The position numbers were made by a program, and so were the translations under genes. A stretch of DNA of 61,240 nucleotides, counting the filler, from Sphacelaria rigidula (taxonomy: Eukaryota), in the NCBI GenBank assembly GCA_964200075.2. It is 6 parts of 6 records of this genome, joined end to end, with 100 filler letters (N's around TTAATTAATTAA, not from the genome) between each part and the next. Parts side by side here need not be neighbours in the genome. Positions count along the whole stretch, not along the records: positions 30,674 to 40,796 come from CAXNAA020007088.1; positions 40,897 to 51,018 come from CAXNAA020007089.1; positions 51,119 to 61,240 come from CAXNAA020007090.1; 3 more parts are not named here. One strand, written 5' to 3'. Each line of letters starts with the position of its first letter. The first letter of the stretch is position 1. Below are positions 36,841 to 51,968 of this stretch, one piece after another. The notes beneath the pieces were generated by a model, which saw only the letters and a list, made by a program, of their open reading frames with translations, had not been told where the DNA came from and did not search any database.

Positions 36841-38946
36841 GCTTTTTCTTTTTTGGTCCCGTGAAAGTGGGTACTGACTCGCCTTCGTTATCAAAGAGGA
36901 AGGGTTTGGTCGATGACGAGACAAGGATGATAGCGAATGACAAGCTCTATTAATGTAGGGTCTTGCTATTTACGTCAATGTTGACGCACTGTGTTACATC
37001 CGCCAACATTGACGTAATCTCTTACATCCGTCAACGTTCAGCACCCGTCCCACCAGCCCCGCATGGACACAGCAACAAATGGAAAACACCCATACAGTCT
37101 CTAGCTATTGTTCAAGCCATCGCACGGAGCAAACGGACCCGTATCGGATAAGATACGTGCTTAGCGGTCACAACGTTGTGCTACACACGTTGCGCTGATA
37201 ACAGAGAAGTGATCGAAAAGGCCGCAAGCTTCGAATAGGCAAGCCCGGGCGCCGGTCGACACAACATGAAGTTGTAACCGTGAAAGCTGAGGTCATGGGC
37301 TGGGGATAGGCAGCGGGCGGATTTGATTCGTGTCCGTACTTTTCACAGCGGCAGCTTTGTCGAGTAAACGTGAGCCCGACGCCGCGGCAAGCCGGGGGCA
37401 CTGCTGGCTCATATTAGCATGTTATTTGTTCTTTCTGCTTGGCGCAGTTTATAGCCGGCGAGACAATGTGAGCACAGAAATCGTAAGTCATAGATGCAGG
37501 GGCTACTCACGCGTGGTTTGGCCTGTACTGTACACGAATCATAGACCTGTCACGGAATTGTCTATACATTCCTCTACGTGGTCAAAACACAGTAGCACCG
37601 TACTGTGTTCACGCATCACCCATGTTGTACGTGTGGAGACTACAGTTGGAAGAATATGTGCCGGTTGGTGTGTAACGTATGCGGAGAAATACTCGCACAC
37701 CTACATCTGTTGAGCACATATCAATCTATGCACTATGCTCGAGCTAACTCCTTGTCTACCTTCCTGGTTTGTCTGGATTCTGTATCGTCTCGAGAAGTAC
37801 TACCCTACCTGGGCATTGAGCAGCCTGCAGAGCTTTGCACACTTGAGAGTTGTAACAAATCTCAAAACGGAGCCGGCGCGCAAGCCGCTCAGCCAAGTCT
37901 GCTGCCAGCACAAAGTAGTGTTGGTGAGGGTCGGACTATGGCCTGATAGCACCGTCACACCGTGCTTTTCAGCCGAAGAAGCGTACACTTTACAGGGTGT
38001 AGCCTACTCTGTAGGTAGTACCCTCACAATTTTCGTCGGTCTTCGAGATGAGAGACGAGGGGTTTTTCAACAATTCTGTCCTCAGGTGTTCCACGCAAGA
38101 CAAGTCATGACCGAGAGAGATGAGCCACAAAGGTTCCCATATTCAGCTGTTTCACTCGGGTACGCGAGCAGGTGCATCATGGTAGTGGAATGTTGTGGAA
38201 CAGAGATTCCGTAATCAATGAACGACATAGGCTATCCCATTCCACCGCATTTCCCCCCAAGACTTCAGCGAAGCGCCGGGTGCGCAAGCTCCTACAGTTT
38301 AAGCCATGTGAGAGAGCCCCGAATCTTTTTCTCTTCTGACCTCGTCCTTACCTTCTCTTATCGTGTTATCTTCAGTGCAAAGGGATTCGTCCGAAATACC
38401 TGGGCGTTTTGCTTTCATCACTTTCAAAGAGGTTTTCGTCGCCAATCCTGCAAGACTCATCTATCAGGTACCTGTGTTTCTCCGAGATATGTTCACGGAG
38501 CATGCACGAACGGCTGGCTCAGTAGAGGTTATTTTGATGGATTGGCCAACGAAATGTACAGCATATTCCCGACGCTACCGTGAGAATATGCTGGCCAATA
38601 TCAACACATACTCAATAGTGGGCGAAAAGACGGCACCGTGAGAAGACGCAAACGCGATTGTTTTTGTTTTTTTTAACCAAAAAAGAAGTACATGCGTATG
38701 GTCTTCACCGCCGCATTGTGCAGCAGAGACGACTGAGCCCCGACCGGAACTTCATACCGAGGAGTGAAGGAAAGCTGAGACGGACAAGAGTGGCCGATTA
38801 ATATCACAATCAAGCAGCGACAAGGTGCACCGGAAGCAAACGATTCACCAACGCGTATGCGAAGCGCAACCGATTCGTCTCCTGCAGCTCCTGCTGCCGA
38901 CATTTTCGCGGCAAATATTAGATACGTACGGCAAACTAGGCGTGGG

Positions 38947-39082
38947 AGTATAGGGTCATAGTGGAAGGGGAAAAACGGGGCTGCAGAGTGCTTGTGTTGG
39001 CACTGCGCAGTCGCAAAAGACACAGGGGAAAAACAAGCAGTGCACAGCCCCATTTTTTCCCCTCCCACTATGACTCTATACT
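38947..39082. repeat. ~135-bp hairpin / small MITE
   Basis: AGTATAGGGTCATAGTGGAAGGGGAAAAACGGGGCTG pairs with CAGCCCCATTTTTTCCCCTCCCACTATGACTCTATACT. Confidence 0.75.
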
Positions 39083-39554
39083 GCCAATTTTGGGCTTCCG
39101 AATCTCTCAACTGTCAAACTACGTCAAACTACGTCAAGTGCTGCATTGGGATCGTCTTCCCCACACCTGGTGCAGTACACGTGGCCAACGCACTCCCTAC
39201 GCGTGAAATATCGAGCACATATGATACACCGTAACACACTGCGTAGTAGGTCACCGGAAATCGCTCCCTCCCGTAATACTTTTATCAACAAACATAGTTG
39301 CAGGTCGGCTCCACACAATACCAGTAGCACGGGCAGGAGGTCGGGTGAACCGTACAACCGTTGCCCGCACCGTTAACCTCGCCACATGCACCGTGATACA
39401 CCGTCTACGTGTCGTACCAGTAGTGACTGACAAAGCGGGGCACCGACAGCAAACATCAACTTTCCGATAAGAAGCTCGAAGAGAACATCGGCAACCCAGG
39501 GCGCGCGGGTCGATCATGCCACAACCGTTCCAGGTGCACTTTCGCGGTCGACGA

Positions 39555-40639
39555 TCATGGGACGGAGGTCTTCGAGCGCCTGCTGGGCCGGGATCCTCGC
39601 GTCTCCATCGAGTCTCTGTGGCGTTTGGTGCGCTTGGAATTGCCCCCCCGCTGCTGAGGATTGGACGCTCTCTCCTCCTTGACATTGACGCTGCCCTTCA
39701 CCTTACCCCTGCCCACCTCACGTGTACTAAACTTCGGTTTGTTGCCCGATCCCTTCGGGCGACCTTTTTGTGGGGGCTTTTCCGGGTTGCCTGGCCCGGG
39801 TGCGCCCCTCGCCATATGGATCAGAGTAGACCGGTATGCCGCCATTTGCGTTTGGATCGACAACGCCTCTGCCGGCGATGATACGGAACTAATGGTGTTT
39901 GCTTCCTCCTTGAAGCGCGCCATCAACGTGGCGAAGATGCGCCGTTGATCGGCTTCCACTCTGGCGTTTCGTTTTGACTCGGCTGGCTGTGGGGGGTGCA
40001 CACCGTCGGCACTGTTGTCAAGGTAGGTCCCCAACCACCGCCGCTGCCACCGTCGCGAACTTCGTCGCAGCCTTCACCATGCCACGACGACCGGAGCACC
40101 TGCTTCACGCTCCACGGAGCGTCCTGGCGATCGGTTCGCTCCCGCCAACGGTTGTGCACACACGCACTGTCGAACGGGTGTTGGACTTCGCCACCTGCGT
40201 CCACCATTGTTTTCAACATTTGCGGCAAGACGGCGAAGTAGTGCCTGCATGGCAGTCCACGGCGCAGAAGCTGCAGGCAAGAACAGAGGTGAAATTTGCC
40301 GGGCCCCAAAACGACGAGATTGCTCGGGCGCGACGCCCGAGTTGTGAGCTTGTACTGTACTATCGCAACGGTCTCAGCGGGAACGTCAGCAATCACGTTC
40401 AAAAATGCCTCCAGAGAAGTGCGCGCCCACACGCTGGCGTCCGACGCGCCGTGAAAGTCGTCTTCCAGGTCCGTTAAATCTGGCGCCTCTTGCAAGCTCT
40501 TCGCTCGGGGGTTCACCGACGACAAGCGGCGAACATAGGCAGCACTGACGGGAATCGGTCTCCCGTCGGCATCCCTTGGCCCTCGTGCGATGCTGACATC
40601 GTAAGCCTGACATCCGTTTGAGAACTCCACTCGGAGCTC
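39555..40639 (-). pseudogene. SWIM zinc-finger protein, MULE/FAR1-type transposase C-terminal exon with a frameshift
   Basis: Acceptor catgcag| at 40640, then ...NLVVLGPGKFHLCSCLQLLRRGLPCRHYFAVL...FDSACVHNRW (SWIM CxC...CxH). A frameshift near 40025 leads to DQRRIFATLMARFKE...NPEKPPQKGRPKG, a basic tail typical of MULE transposases. The 5' part is off the contig. Confidence 0.72.
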
Positions 40640-40796
40640 CTGCATGGGCGAGAACAGAGCACAAGCCGGTCATTTCAATCACGCAACCCGACTTTATATC
40701 CTGAGCGTTGTTAGACCGACGTTTATGCACCGGAATCTGGGTTTGTACGAATTCACGATTTGAGCAACAATATCAGGCGATTGCCTCACGCGGACT

Positions 40797-40896
40797 NNNN
40801 NNNNNNNNNNNNNNNNNNNNNNNNNNNNNNNNNNNNNNNNTTAATTAATTAANNNNNNNNNNNNNNNNNNNNNNNNNNNNNNNNNNNNNNNNNNNN
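40797..40896. other. Artificial contig spacer
   Basis: N44-TTAATTAATTAA-N44. Confidence 0.97.
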
Positions 40897-40958
40897 TGTG
40901 CTTCCTATCGGTGGACGGGGGGGGTGGGGGGGGGGGGGGAGCAAAGGAGAGCGAGCGA

Positions 40959-41012
<54 letters not shown>

Positions 41013-41909
41013 CGGACAAGACAAGAAATAGAGGAAACACGAAAACGGCACAGAGAGAAGAAAAGTAAATGAGCGAGGAATGCAAAAACAGACACTAGAG
41101 GCTGGTCTCACTACTTGAGACAAAAGTATGCACTCGAGGTGCGAGAGTGAGCACCTGAAATTTTGGGGAGAGGAGCGCACCGACTTTTCAAAGGGCATCA
41201 GTAGTGGTGTTGGAAAAAAAAAAAGCAAGGGACTATGTGCATTTGAGGGATGTTCCGAAATAAATATCCGCGTTTGCTTCCAGGACAGTGATGGGGGAAA
41301 AAAAAAAAACACTAGTTTCGCCTTCCGAATGATGGATCATCTTCTCTCCTCAAAGTTCCAGGTCCCAACCCTCCAACCTCGAGTGAAACATCCGAGACAT
41401 ACGCACTACCAAGTGCGAGCAAGCACCATACATTGGTGTATACATTTCCCCTGTTTTTGTTTCGCCATAACGTTTGAACGGCAACGGGTTAGGAGCTGGA
41501 ATAGGTATCGTTACTCTTGCCATGACGGCAGCTACACACACACACTAATGTTCAGTCTGGTACGAGAAAAATTCAGGGGTCGGACAAATAATGATTCGTC
41601 TTGAAATCACCTGGTTCTAGTATAATTGATTCGAGTCGTACGAACCAATCCCTAGGCTTTGTTTTCAGCATTGCAACCCAGGTACAGGCAGCCCAGACAC
41701 GTGGAATGGCGCAAAAGTTACGTGGATACCACTTGGACCAGCGGTCAACTTCTTTCTCCCTTTTGGGCAATCAGGCCGAAGAAATCGTAGATTTGGTGAT
41801 TCGTAGTCGTGATGACTCGTCCTAACCGTCAAATAATTCGGGTATCTTCATTTTTGCACTATATCGCCAGCAATAGGACCGCCACCAGACCGTACTTGGG
41901 GTCCCAGGA

Positions 41910-41911
<2 letters not shown>

Positions 41912-41956
<45 letters not shown>

Positions 41957-42356
41957 TGTGTGTGTGTGAGTGTGTGTGTGTGTGTGTGTGAGTGTGTGTG
42001 TGTATGTGTTGTCGTCCCATCTATTCTGGGCGCCAGTCTCCCCGTTTCGGGTATGTGGGCGCATTAGCCGGGGTCACACAGGAGGAAGGTCAGCACAGGA
42101 GCTTTTTCTCTTTCATTTGCTTTTAGTACCCCACCTTCCTTCTGCGGTGCTTGCCTTTTATTTTTTCTTTATCGCGAGAGGGGTTCAGCGGTCCCTTTCC
42201 CTCGTCGACCGTTCAGTCGAATTTTGTGTACCCACAGCATAGTCGCTCTCCACTGTTGGGCATGGTGTAAGAAAAAATCCCAGATCCATCCGGCAATCGA
42301 ACTCNNNNNNNNNNCCCTTCAGAAGGTTACGAGGTTACCAACTGAGCCACCGGGGC
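41912..42356 (-). mobile_element. tRNA-derived SINE with (CA)n tail
   Basis: 5' GCCCCGGTGGCTCAGTTGGTAACC (A box) ... GAGTTCGATT (B box-like). The body is colinear with 43245-43593 and ends GACGACAACACATACACAC... (tail 41912-42008). Confidence 0.82.
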
Positions 42357-43244
42357 GAATTGCTCCGAACTGATGACAGTGCCTGCATGGCCGATCACAG
42401 CGCACAGCACACTCTGGTTTTGCTCTACGGTTACAGGGAACCTACTTGTTCTGGTGCCTTTTCCTACTCTTCGTCCTACTTCCGGCGTAGACATGTTTTG
42501 TGCTAAGCGGTGGGAACAGCCTACGGACAAGAGCTTCACACATGGTACGAATATCGTACTTTTGCGTTTCGTCCATATCCAACAACTGCACGAAATCAAG
42601 AATGGGACCCGTGTAGGGATTGCGATTCACACGTGTTTTGGATTTGTGAGCCGTGCGGTACTACACGGGACGTATATAACCCCGCTAGCCATTCGTGTGT
42701 GGCACAACCTCGAAAGGTACATAATCAAAACCTGTTCATTCCCACGGTATAAGTCTGGCATATGTTTCACCAGCTGTGATCCATACGGCATGAAGCATGT
42801 GTACACGTTTCCCCGCCCGTGATGCATGCGACGTGAATCAATTGCACATGATTTCCACCTATCATTCTTACGGCATGAATCAAGCGCACATCATTCATGC
42901 CCGTGATTCATTTGTTCGCATGGATTGAACGGGCACCTTTTCCCACTCATCATTCGTGGAGGGCGGATGGCCATCTCAGGGACATGTTGGATGTTCATAC
43001 AGGTCAATCCAACTGCACCCTAACGCAAACGCCGACGCTAAGCCTACCCCAAGGGGGGCAGACGGTGAACCCTCGAGCGAAGGCGGCCCACATAGATGGT
43101 CACCCAGGCCAAAGTGCCCCCTGCATGGTAGCAAACCGATGCGACTGAAATCCAAGGCAAACTCGTATGAAGATCCGAAAAAGGCGGGTGAGATGGTAGG
43201 TCTTACTGTATTCGTATAAAATAAATGGAACGCACGTTTTGGTC

Positions 43245-43593
43245 GCTCCGGTGGCTCAGTTGGCAACCTCGAAACCTCCTGATGGTTCGGTCGTGGGTTC
43301 GCATCTCAGAGCGGTCTGGGATTTTTTCTGACACATTGCCCAACAGTGGAGAGCGACCATGTCGTGGGTACACAAAATTCGACTTGACGGTCGAAGAGGG
43401 AAAGGGACTGCTGAACCCCTCTCGCGATAAAAAATAGAGACAAGCACCGCAGAAGGAAGATGGAGAACTCAAACAAATGAAAGAAAAAACTCCCGTGTTG
43501 GTCTTCCTCCTGTGTGATCCCGGCTGGTGCGCCCACATACACCGAAAGGTGTACACCGGCGTCCGGAATAGACGGGATGACAACACACACACA
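43245..43593 (+). mobile_element. tRNA-derived SINE with short (CA)n tail
   Basis: GCTCCGGTGGCTCAGTTGGCAACC (A box), GGGTTCGCATC (B box), body shared with 41912-42356, ends GATGACAACACACACACA. Confidence 0.82.
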
Positions 43594-43812
43594 TTATTCC
43601 GCGCACCATTTCATGCGGCGGGACGCTGTGACATATTCCTTGAACTCTTTAACAGCCAGGCTGGAAAGATTGGGGCTAGCGTTGATGTTTCGAGTGAAAA
43701 TGATCCGTTTTCAATACACCACCCATCCTGGTTGCGAAGGGTTCAACGTTTTGTGGGCGACGGGATAGATGCGCGGGTTGAGGGACCTCGACCATTCGAC
43801 TCGAAAATAAAG

Positions 43813-44815
43813 AGGGCCTGTCACGGTAAAATTATCACGATAAATCGCACGGGACGGGAATTCCCGCCCCGCTCCGTCGTTTATTTGGCGGTGGGAATAC
43901 TCCCGTCCCGTCCCGACCCGACCCGACCCGACCCGACCCGACGGGAAACCGTTTCCGTTCCGTTCAATCCTCACGGGAAATTCTCGACATCTTTTTCGGG
44001 AACTTCCGTCAGAGGGGGCGTGACTCCCATTCAAAGAACGGGAACTGCTTTCTTATCTGACAGGAGAATAAGTATATCGATCTGGGAACGTGTTCATGAT
44101 TTCCAGGCTCCAGCCTCGCCCACAGCTCACTTACATTTCACATGAACGGATGAGCGGTCACGATTTTCGTAACTGGGGCTTGTCACGGTATTTTGATACA
44201 TGACGGGACCTTTTCGCCTTCGCTATTTTGGGTCGATTCACTGCTACGATTGGATGCAGTACCTTACAACTGCCGAATTACTTATCCGTCACATCCACAC
44301 GGTAAACTGCAAAGCATCGCTGCACCGGATCAGGTCACGTCGCGCTTGTTCCGGGACAGGAGGGGGGGCGTTTTCATGTGTTGCTTGCCTTAGTCGTCTG
44401 ACCATTGACCACGCATCCCTTTCGAGACGGAGCACAGGAGGGGAGGGGGGGGCTCATGATCTTGCATGCCATAGTCATCTGACCATTGACCTCGAATCCC
44501 TATATTTTCGGGAGGGGGGGAAAGGGAACTACATACATACTATCGCGAGCTTGGGACTGGAAAGTATCATGAGAACTTTCTCGTGAGCGTGTGACCGACG
44601 GAATTCCCTTCTAGTCTCATCCCGTTAGTCCTCAAAATACCGTCCCGCTCGGCGACTTTTCTCGCGACAGAAAATCGTCCTCGTCCCGTGCCGTCGTTAT
44701 TCTGTCGACTGGAAAGAGTCCCGTCATGTTCCGTGTCCTTGGGGGGGGGGGGCGGAAATTTCCTGCCCGTCCCGTCCCGTCCCATCCCGTTCCGAAGTCC
44801 CGTGTCAAGCCCTGA
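43813..44815. mobile_element. CCCGT-motif-rich non-autonomous DNA transposon fragments (AGGGCYTGTCACGG ends)
   Basis: AGGGCCTGTCACGG (43814), GGGGCTTGTCACGG (44176) and reverse-complement CCGTGTCAAGCCCTG (44800), with many subterminal CCCGT/CCCGA/ACGGG motifs. Confidence 0.55.
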
Positions 44816-47428
44816 AATATATATAGGTGCATATGCATCGGTGAACTTTCGTTTTCCGTCACACTTATTTTCTCCCTTCCCGCGGGAAGAGTTCGTCGTT
44901 TCAGGGGCTGAGTCCATATCTCCCCCGAATACACGCCTTACATTTTCGTATCGCGGATTGATCACGACCACCAGCACTCCCGCACTGCATCGGCTGCGGT
45001 CTGACGAACTCTGTCGGACAGACGTTTCTTTATACTCACGTTCTCACGTCTTTAACGACAGAAATCATATAGTTTTTCGAAGAAAAAAAAAAAACTACGC
45101 ACACCTGGCGGGAATCAAAGCCATGTCTTTTCCCACCTTATGGTGTCCGATATACCATTAGACTTAACATATGTGAGTGTATGATTGGTTGGTTGGTTGG
45201 TTGTCGCACAATAACTGATCAACCAGGGATCCAAGCTCTTCGTTGTTTAAATACACCAAATCGTACAATTCCTACAAAATATTGGGATTCGTGCTCGTTT
45301 TCAACCCGTGATTAACATACGCATGAGATCACACATACATCTTCTGCACATCTCATTCATAAGGCCATCAATCCAGCGTACTTGTTTCTCTCGTGTCACT
45401 TACGCATGAATTTGACGTAGATTCTCCATGCGTGCTTCATACGGCGTAAGTGAAGCGTACATGTCGAAATTCTGCCCGCGATTCGTGCGGGATACATGAA
45501 TTCAATGGGCGTTTTTCCCACCAGTGATGTATGCGGCATGAAAATTCAACGTACATATGTTTGGTACTCGTTATCCGTGCGGTAATGCTTGGAAGGTACA
45601 CAACTTCGTTGTCACACCCGACATTCCCAAGGAGGCAATCCGCACGAATCATGAGTGGTATGACGTATAAAACGTTTGAAACAAGGCCTTTGCATGCACC
45701 AAACGTACTGCATTTCGCCTGCTAGACATGCCGCCAGTGCACGTTACTCGCAACCGCAACAACGGTAAGATCGTACAACACACCTTGCAAGAAACAGGGA
45801 CAGCTTGTGGTATGTGCACTAAAATGTGCCCGAAGCCTACGCCCCTGAATGATAACCCGGCATACTCTCCCCTCGTCACAGAAGCAGGGATACTGACGTA
45901 TGCGCATCGAAAGCAAACCAAGACGCCTACAGCTAACCCTATGACAGAACCTAAAGCAACCGACATTTGAGTCCAGTGAACATGAAACACATCAAGTGTG
46001 TCTCAACCATTTTGGGGCCCCACCGTCACGAATGACCAACAGGAAGTTTTGCTGGCTGGTCGTTAGTGCAGGGTATGACACACATGACCACATACGACCA
46101 AAATCGACCACGCACACTCAAAATAGTGCCGTCCGTGCGTACCCCCACACCGGCCACAGCCAGTACCACCGCAGTACAGTGCAATGGGAGCAAAGCACAG
46201 CACAGCACAGCACAGCACAGCACCCCATCGCACAGAAGAGTATAGTCCTACATAATATGTTCACTTGTACACAAGTCGAAGGTCCAAGCTCGATGTCAGG
46301 GTAGCAACGATATGCCCCTGACAAACAACAAGCGTACAGTATGTATTTATATATTTATATATGTATATATGTATATATATATATGGGAAGGATGAGCCGA
46401 ATGCACACCAGTTTGACTTGATGGCATCTTGCGCCCCTGATGACGCTGCTGCCAGCTGTGAATGGAGGGGATAAGCAAGAGTGGCAGCCTGTCTGTCATT
46501 CCGACGTATTGCAGTCGTCGCGACTCTCGGCTCACCCCATCTCCTGGTTGCTTGTCCGTGTTGGTGCTGGTGTATTGGGCGGGTTTGCTTCGCCCTGTGT
46601 GTTGGGAAGGAGGTCTGGAGAGGTGTTTTTTTTCAAGATTTTCCCGACTACACTAGAATCAAACGATGAACGAGCATCCAAAAAATGAAGACTTGTGCGA
46701 ACAATAATAAAGCCAAGTAATTTTGACTCCGGAAGGACCCATGTCGTCTGAACACGACATCCGTGTCTTGTTCGCCTCTTTCTATGGAATTACTTGATTA
46801 TCGTAAGGGGCCACATCCCCGCGGCACACCATTCCTGTATTCTGGGGATGCTCATCGGGCTCCACAATCAGCCTGGTATGATATTTGACATGGTGATATA
46901 TTGATGTATCGCTAATACTAATATACCAAGCATAATTGTTCAAGTTGCGCATACAACAAGCACAAAAAATAGCCTCGTATAAATGATGATACTGTGATAA
47001 GTTGATTTCAGCTTATACCTTACGAGCATCCAGACCACGTGAACCAAAAATAAATAGTTTATGAAGAAGGCCTGTGTACGATTCGCTGTCCTTGGGGAAT
47101 ACAGCGGCAATCCACAATCATGGGAGCGTTTTCCTTTCCCAAGGAAAATAAGTAAAAACCTCAGAACAACGAGTATAATGACATCGCAAGTGAAGATACT
47201 ATTTTGTCGCTCTAGCCTCCGGCACCTAGCCCTCAAGAAATAAAAATAAGCTCGAAGAATGACAAACAAAAAAAAAGTGGACAAAAGGGGCGAAAAGAGA
47301 AGCAAAACAAAGAAGGATTATGCCCGGGCTAAAAATAAGAAACACAGCGATGCCGAGGCTCGAACCCGCGTGGTCAGTCGTGAAGGAAGGCAGCTGTGAT
47401 GCACAACAAGGTCCGTACCGGCAACCTA

Positions 47429-50569
<3,141 letters not shown>

Positions 50570-50689
50570 CTGTACACACGTCGCACCCACGATTTCGAAC
50601 ACAACACCCATGTGTTCAAACTTTTGTTTTGTTTTTTATTTTTGCAACATATGATCAGCCTCTTTCCTCAGACTCGCGACCATTCCCTG

Positions 50690-50870
50690 CACAACAAGTG
50701 ACCCTGCATAGAGCATGCGCACATCACGGATGATCCGTGGGCGCACCGATTTTGTACTCGCTGTATCTGCCAGTCAGGGTGACTTACACCAACACGCTCC
50801 GAAGATGGGCACTCATACTTCACATCATGGGCGTTCCACGACCATCTTCCACACAGGGTCACCTATTGTG
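50690..50870. mobile_element. Small MITE with CACAA.A.GTGACCCTG TIRs
   Basis: CACAACAAGTGACCCTG / CAGGGTCACCTATTGTG, flanks CTG/CCG. Confidence 0.5.
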
Positions 50871-51018
50871 CCGCGCCCCGATGGTCCAATGATACAACTT
50901 CCACCATTAGGGCGATGAAATGCAGATTCGATTCCTGGAAAAAAATATATATATACATATATACTTCCTCTGTCCCATAAGTCTGTATCGTTTTGTTTGT
51001 ACGAGCCCTTAACGATGT

Positions 51019-51118
51019 NNNNNNNNNNNNNNNNNNNNNNNNNNNNNNNNNNNNNNNNNNNNTTAATTAATTAANNNNNNNNNNNNNNNNNNNNNNNNNN
51101 NNNNNNNNNNNNNNNNNN
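51019..51118. other. Artificial contig spacer
   Basis: N44-TTAATTAATTAA-N44. Confidence 0.97.
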
Positions 51119-51344
51119 GCCCCCCACCGACCAACCCCCCTACAATGTCCCCTAGCTCGACTCTGCACACGAGTCACCCTACCCATCCGGGCGTCGGTCC
51201 TCACGCAGTCTCTGAGATGGCACGCAGACGAGCCCCCAAGCCCCCAGCGCGCCAGGGGGTCTGGTAGTAGTGTACGAACCAACGAGCAGTTTGTGACGAC
51301 CTCTAAGCCAAAAGAAGAAGACAAGTCGATTTCGAAAGAATGAT

Positions 51345-51968
51345 GCCATTTCCGCGCTCAATTTTGCGTCGTTTTTTTATTAACTTTTGGCATGATGTAC
51401 AGGACGTATGTGCAAAGATCCTTCGTTCCTACCGGGGTTTTTTTGTGAGGTATTGGCAACAGAACATTTTAGAAGATTTTTTCAGAACAAAATTGCCAAT
51501 AACTCACGAAGAGAGACAAAAAACGAGGCGGGGTGAAAAGGAGTCGTCGCACATACGTCTTGTACATCGGGTCAAATTTTCATTGAAAACAGCTTGAAAT
51601 TGAACAGCATGATTGCGTTCGGAGCATTTGTGGCAGGTCCAGTTCCACATACTAGAGGAACCAGTTTTCGACAGAATGACGCGATTCCTGAGCTTAATTT
51701 TGAGTCATTTTCAATGAAATTTTAACATGATGCACAGGACGCATGTGTGACGACCCATTTTCACCCCCCCCGTGTCTTTCCTTTTCTTCCTTAGTGAGTT
51801 ATTGGCGACAAAATAATTCAGAACAGATTTCGGAACAAAATTGCCAATAACTCACGAACACACTACAAAAACAAACGCGGGGGTTACGGCGGGGTCTCCG
51901 CATATACGTCGCGTACATCATGTCAAAGTTTCATCGAAAACGGCTCAAAATTAAGCTCAGGGTTCGCG
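51345..51968. repeat. Two tandem ~270-290-bp palindromic units (foldback MITE pair)
   Basis: Each unit reads CATGATGYACAGGACG.ATGTG...TATTGGC..CA...GAACAAAATTGCCAATAACTCACGAA...CATACGTC..GTACATC..GTCAAA.TTTCAT.GAAAAC. Units are ~51345-51610 and 51680-51968. Confidence 0.7.

Noticed and set aside
37500..38640. Possible degenerate coding region
   Set aside because: Several medium ORFs but no recognisable motif or consistent exon structure.
43245..43320. tRNA gene
   Set aside because: A/B boxes are present but there is no full cloverleaf, and the sequence continues into a repeated SINE body with a CA tail.
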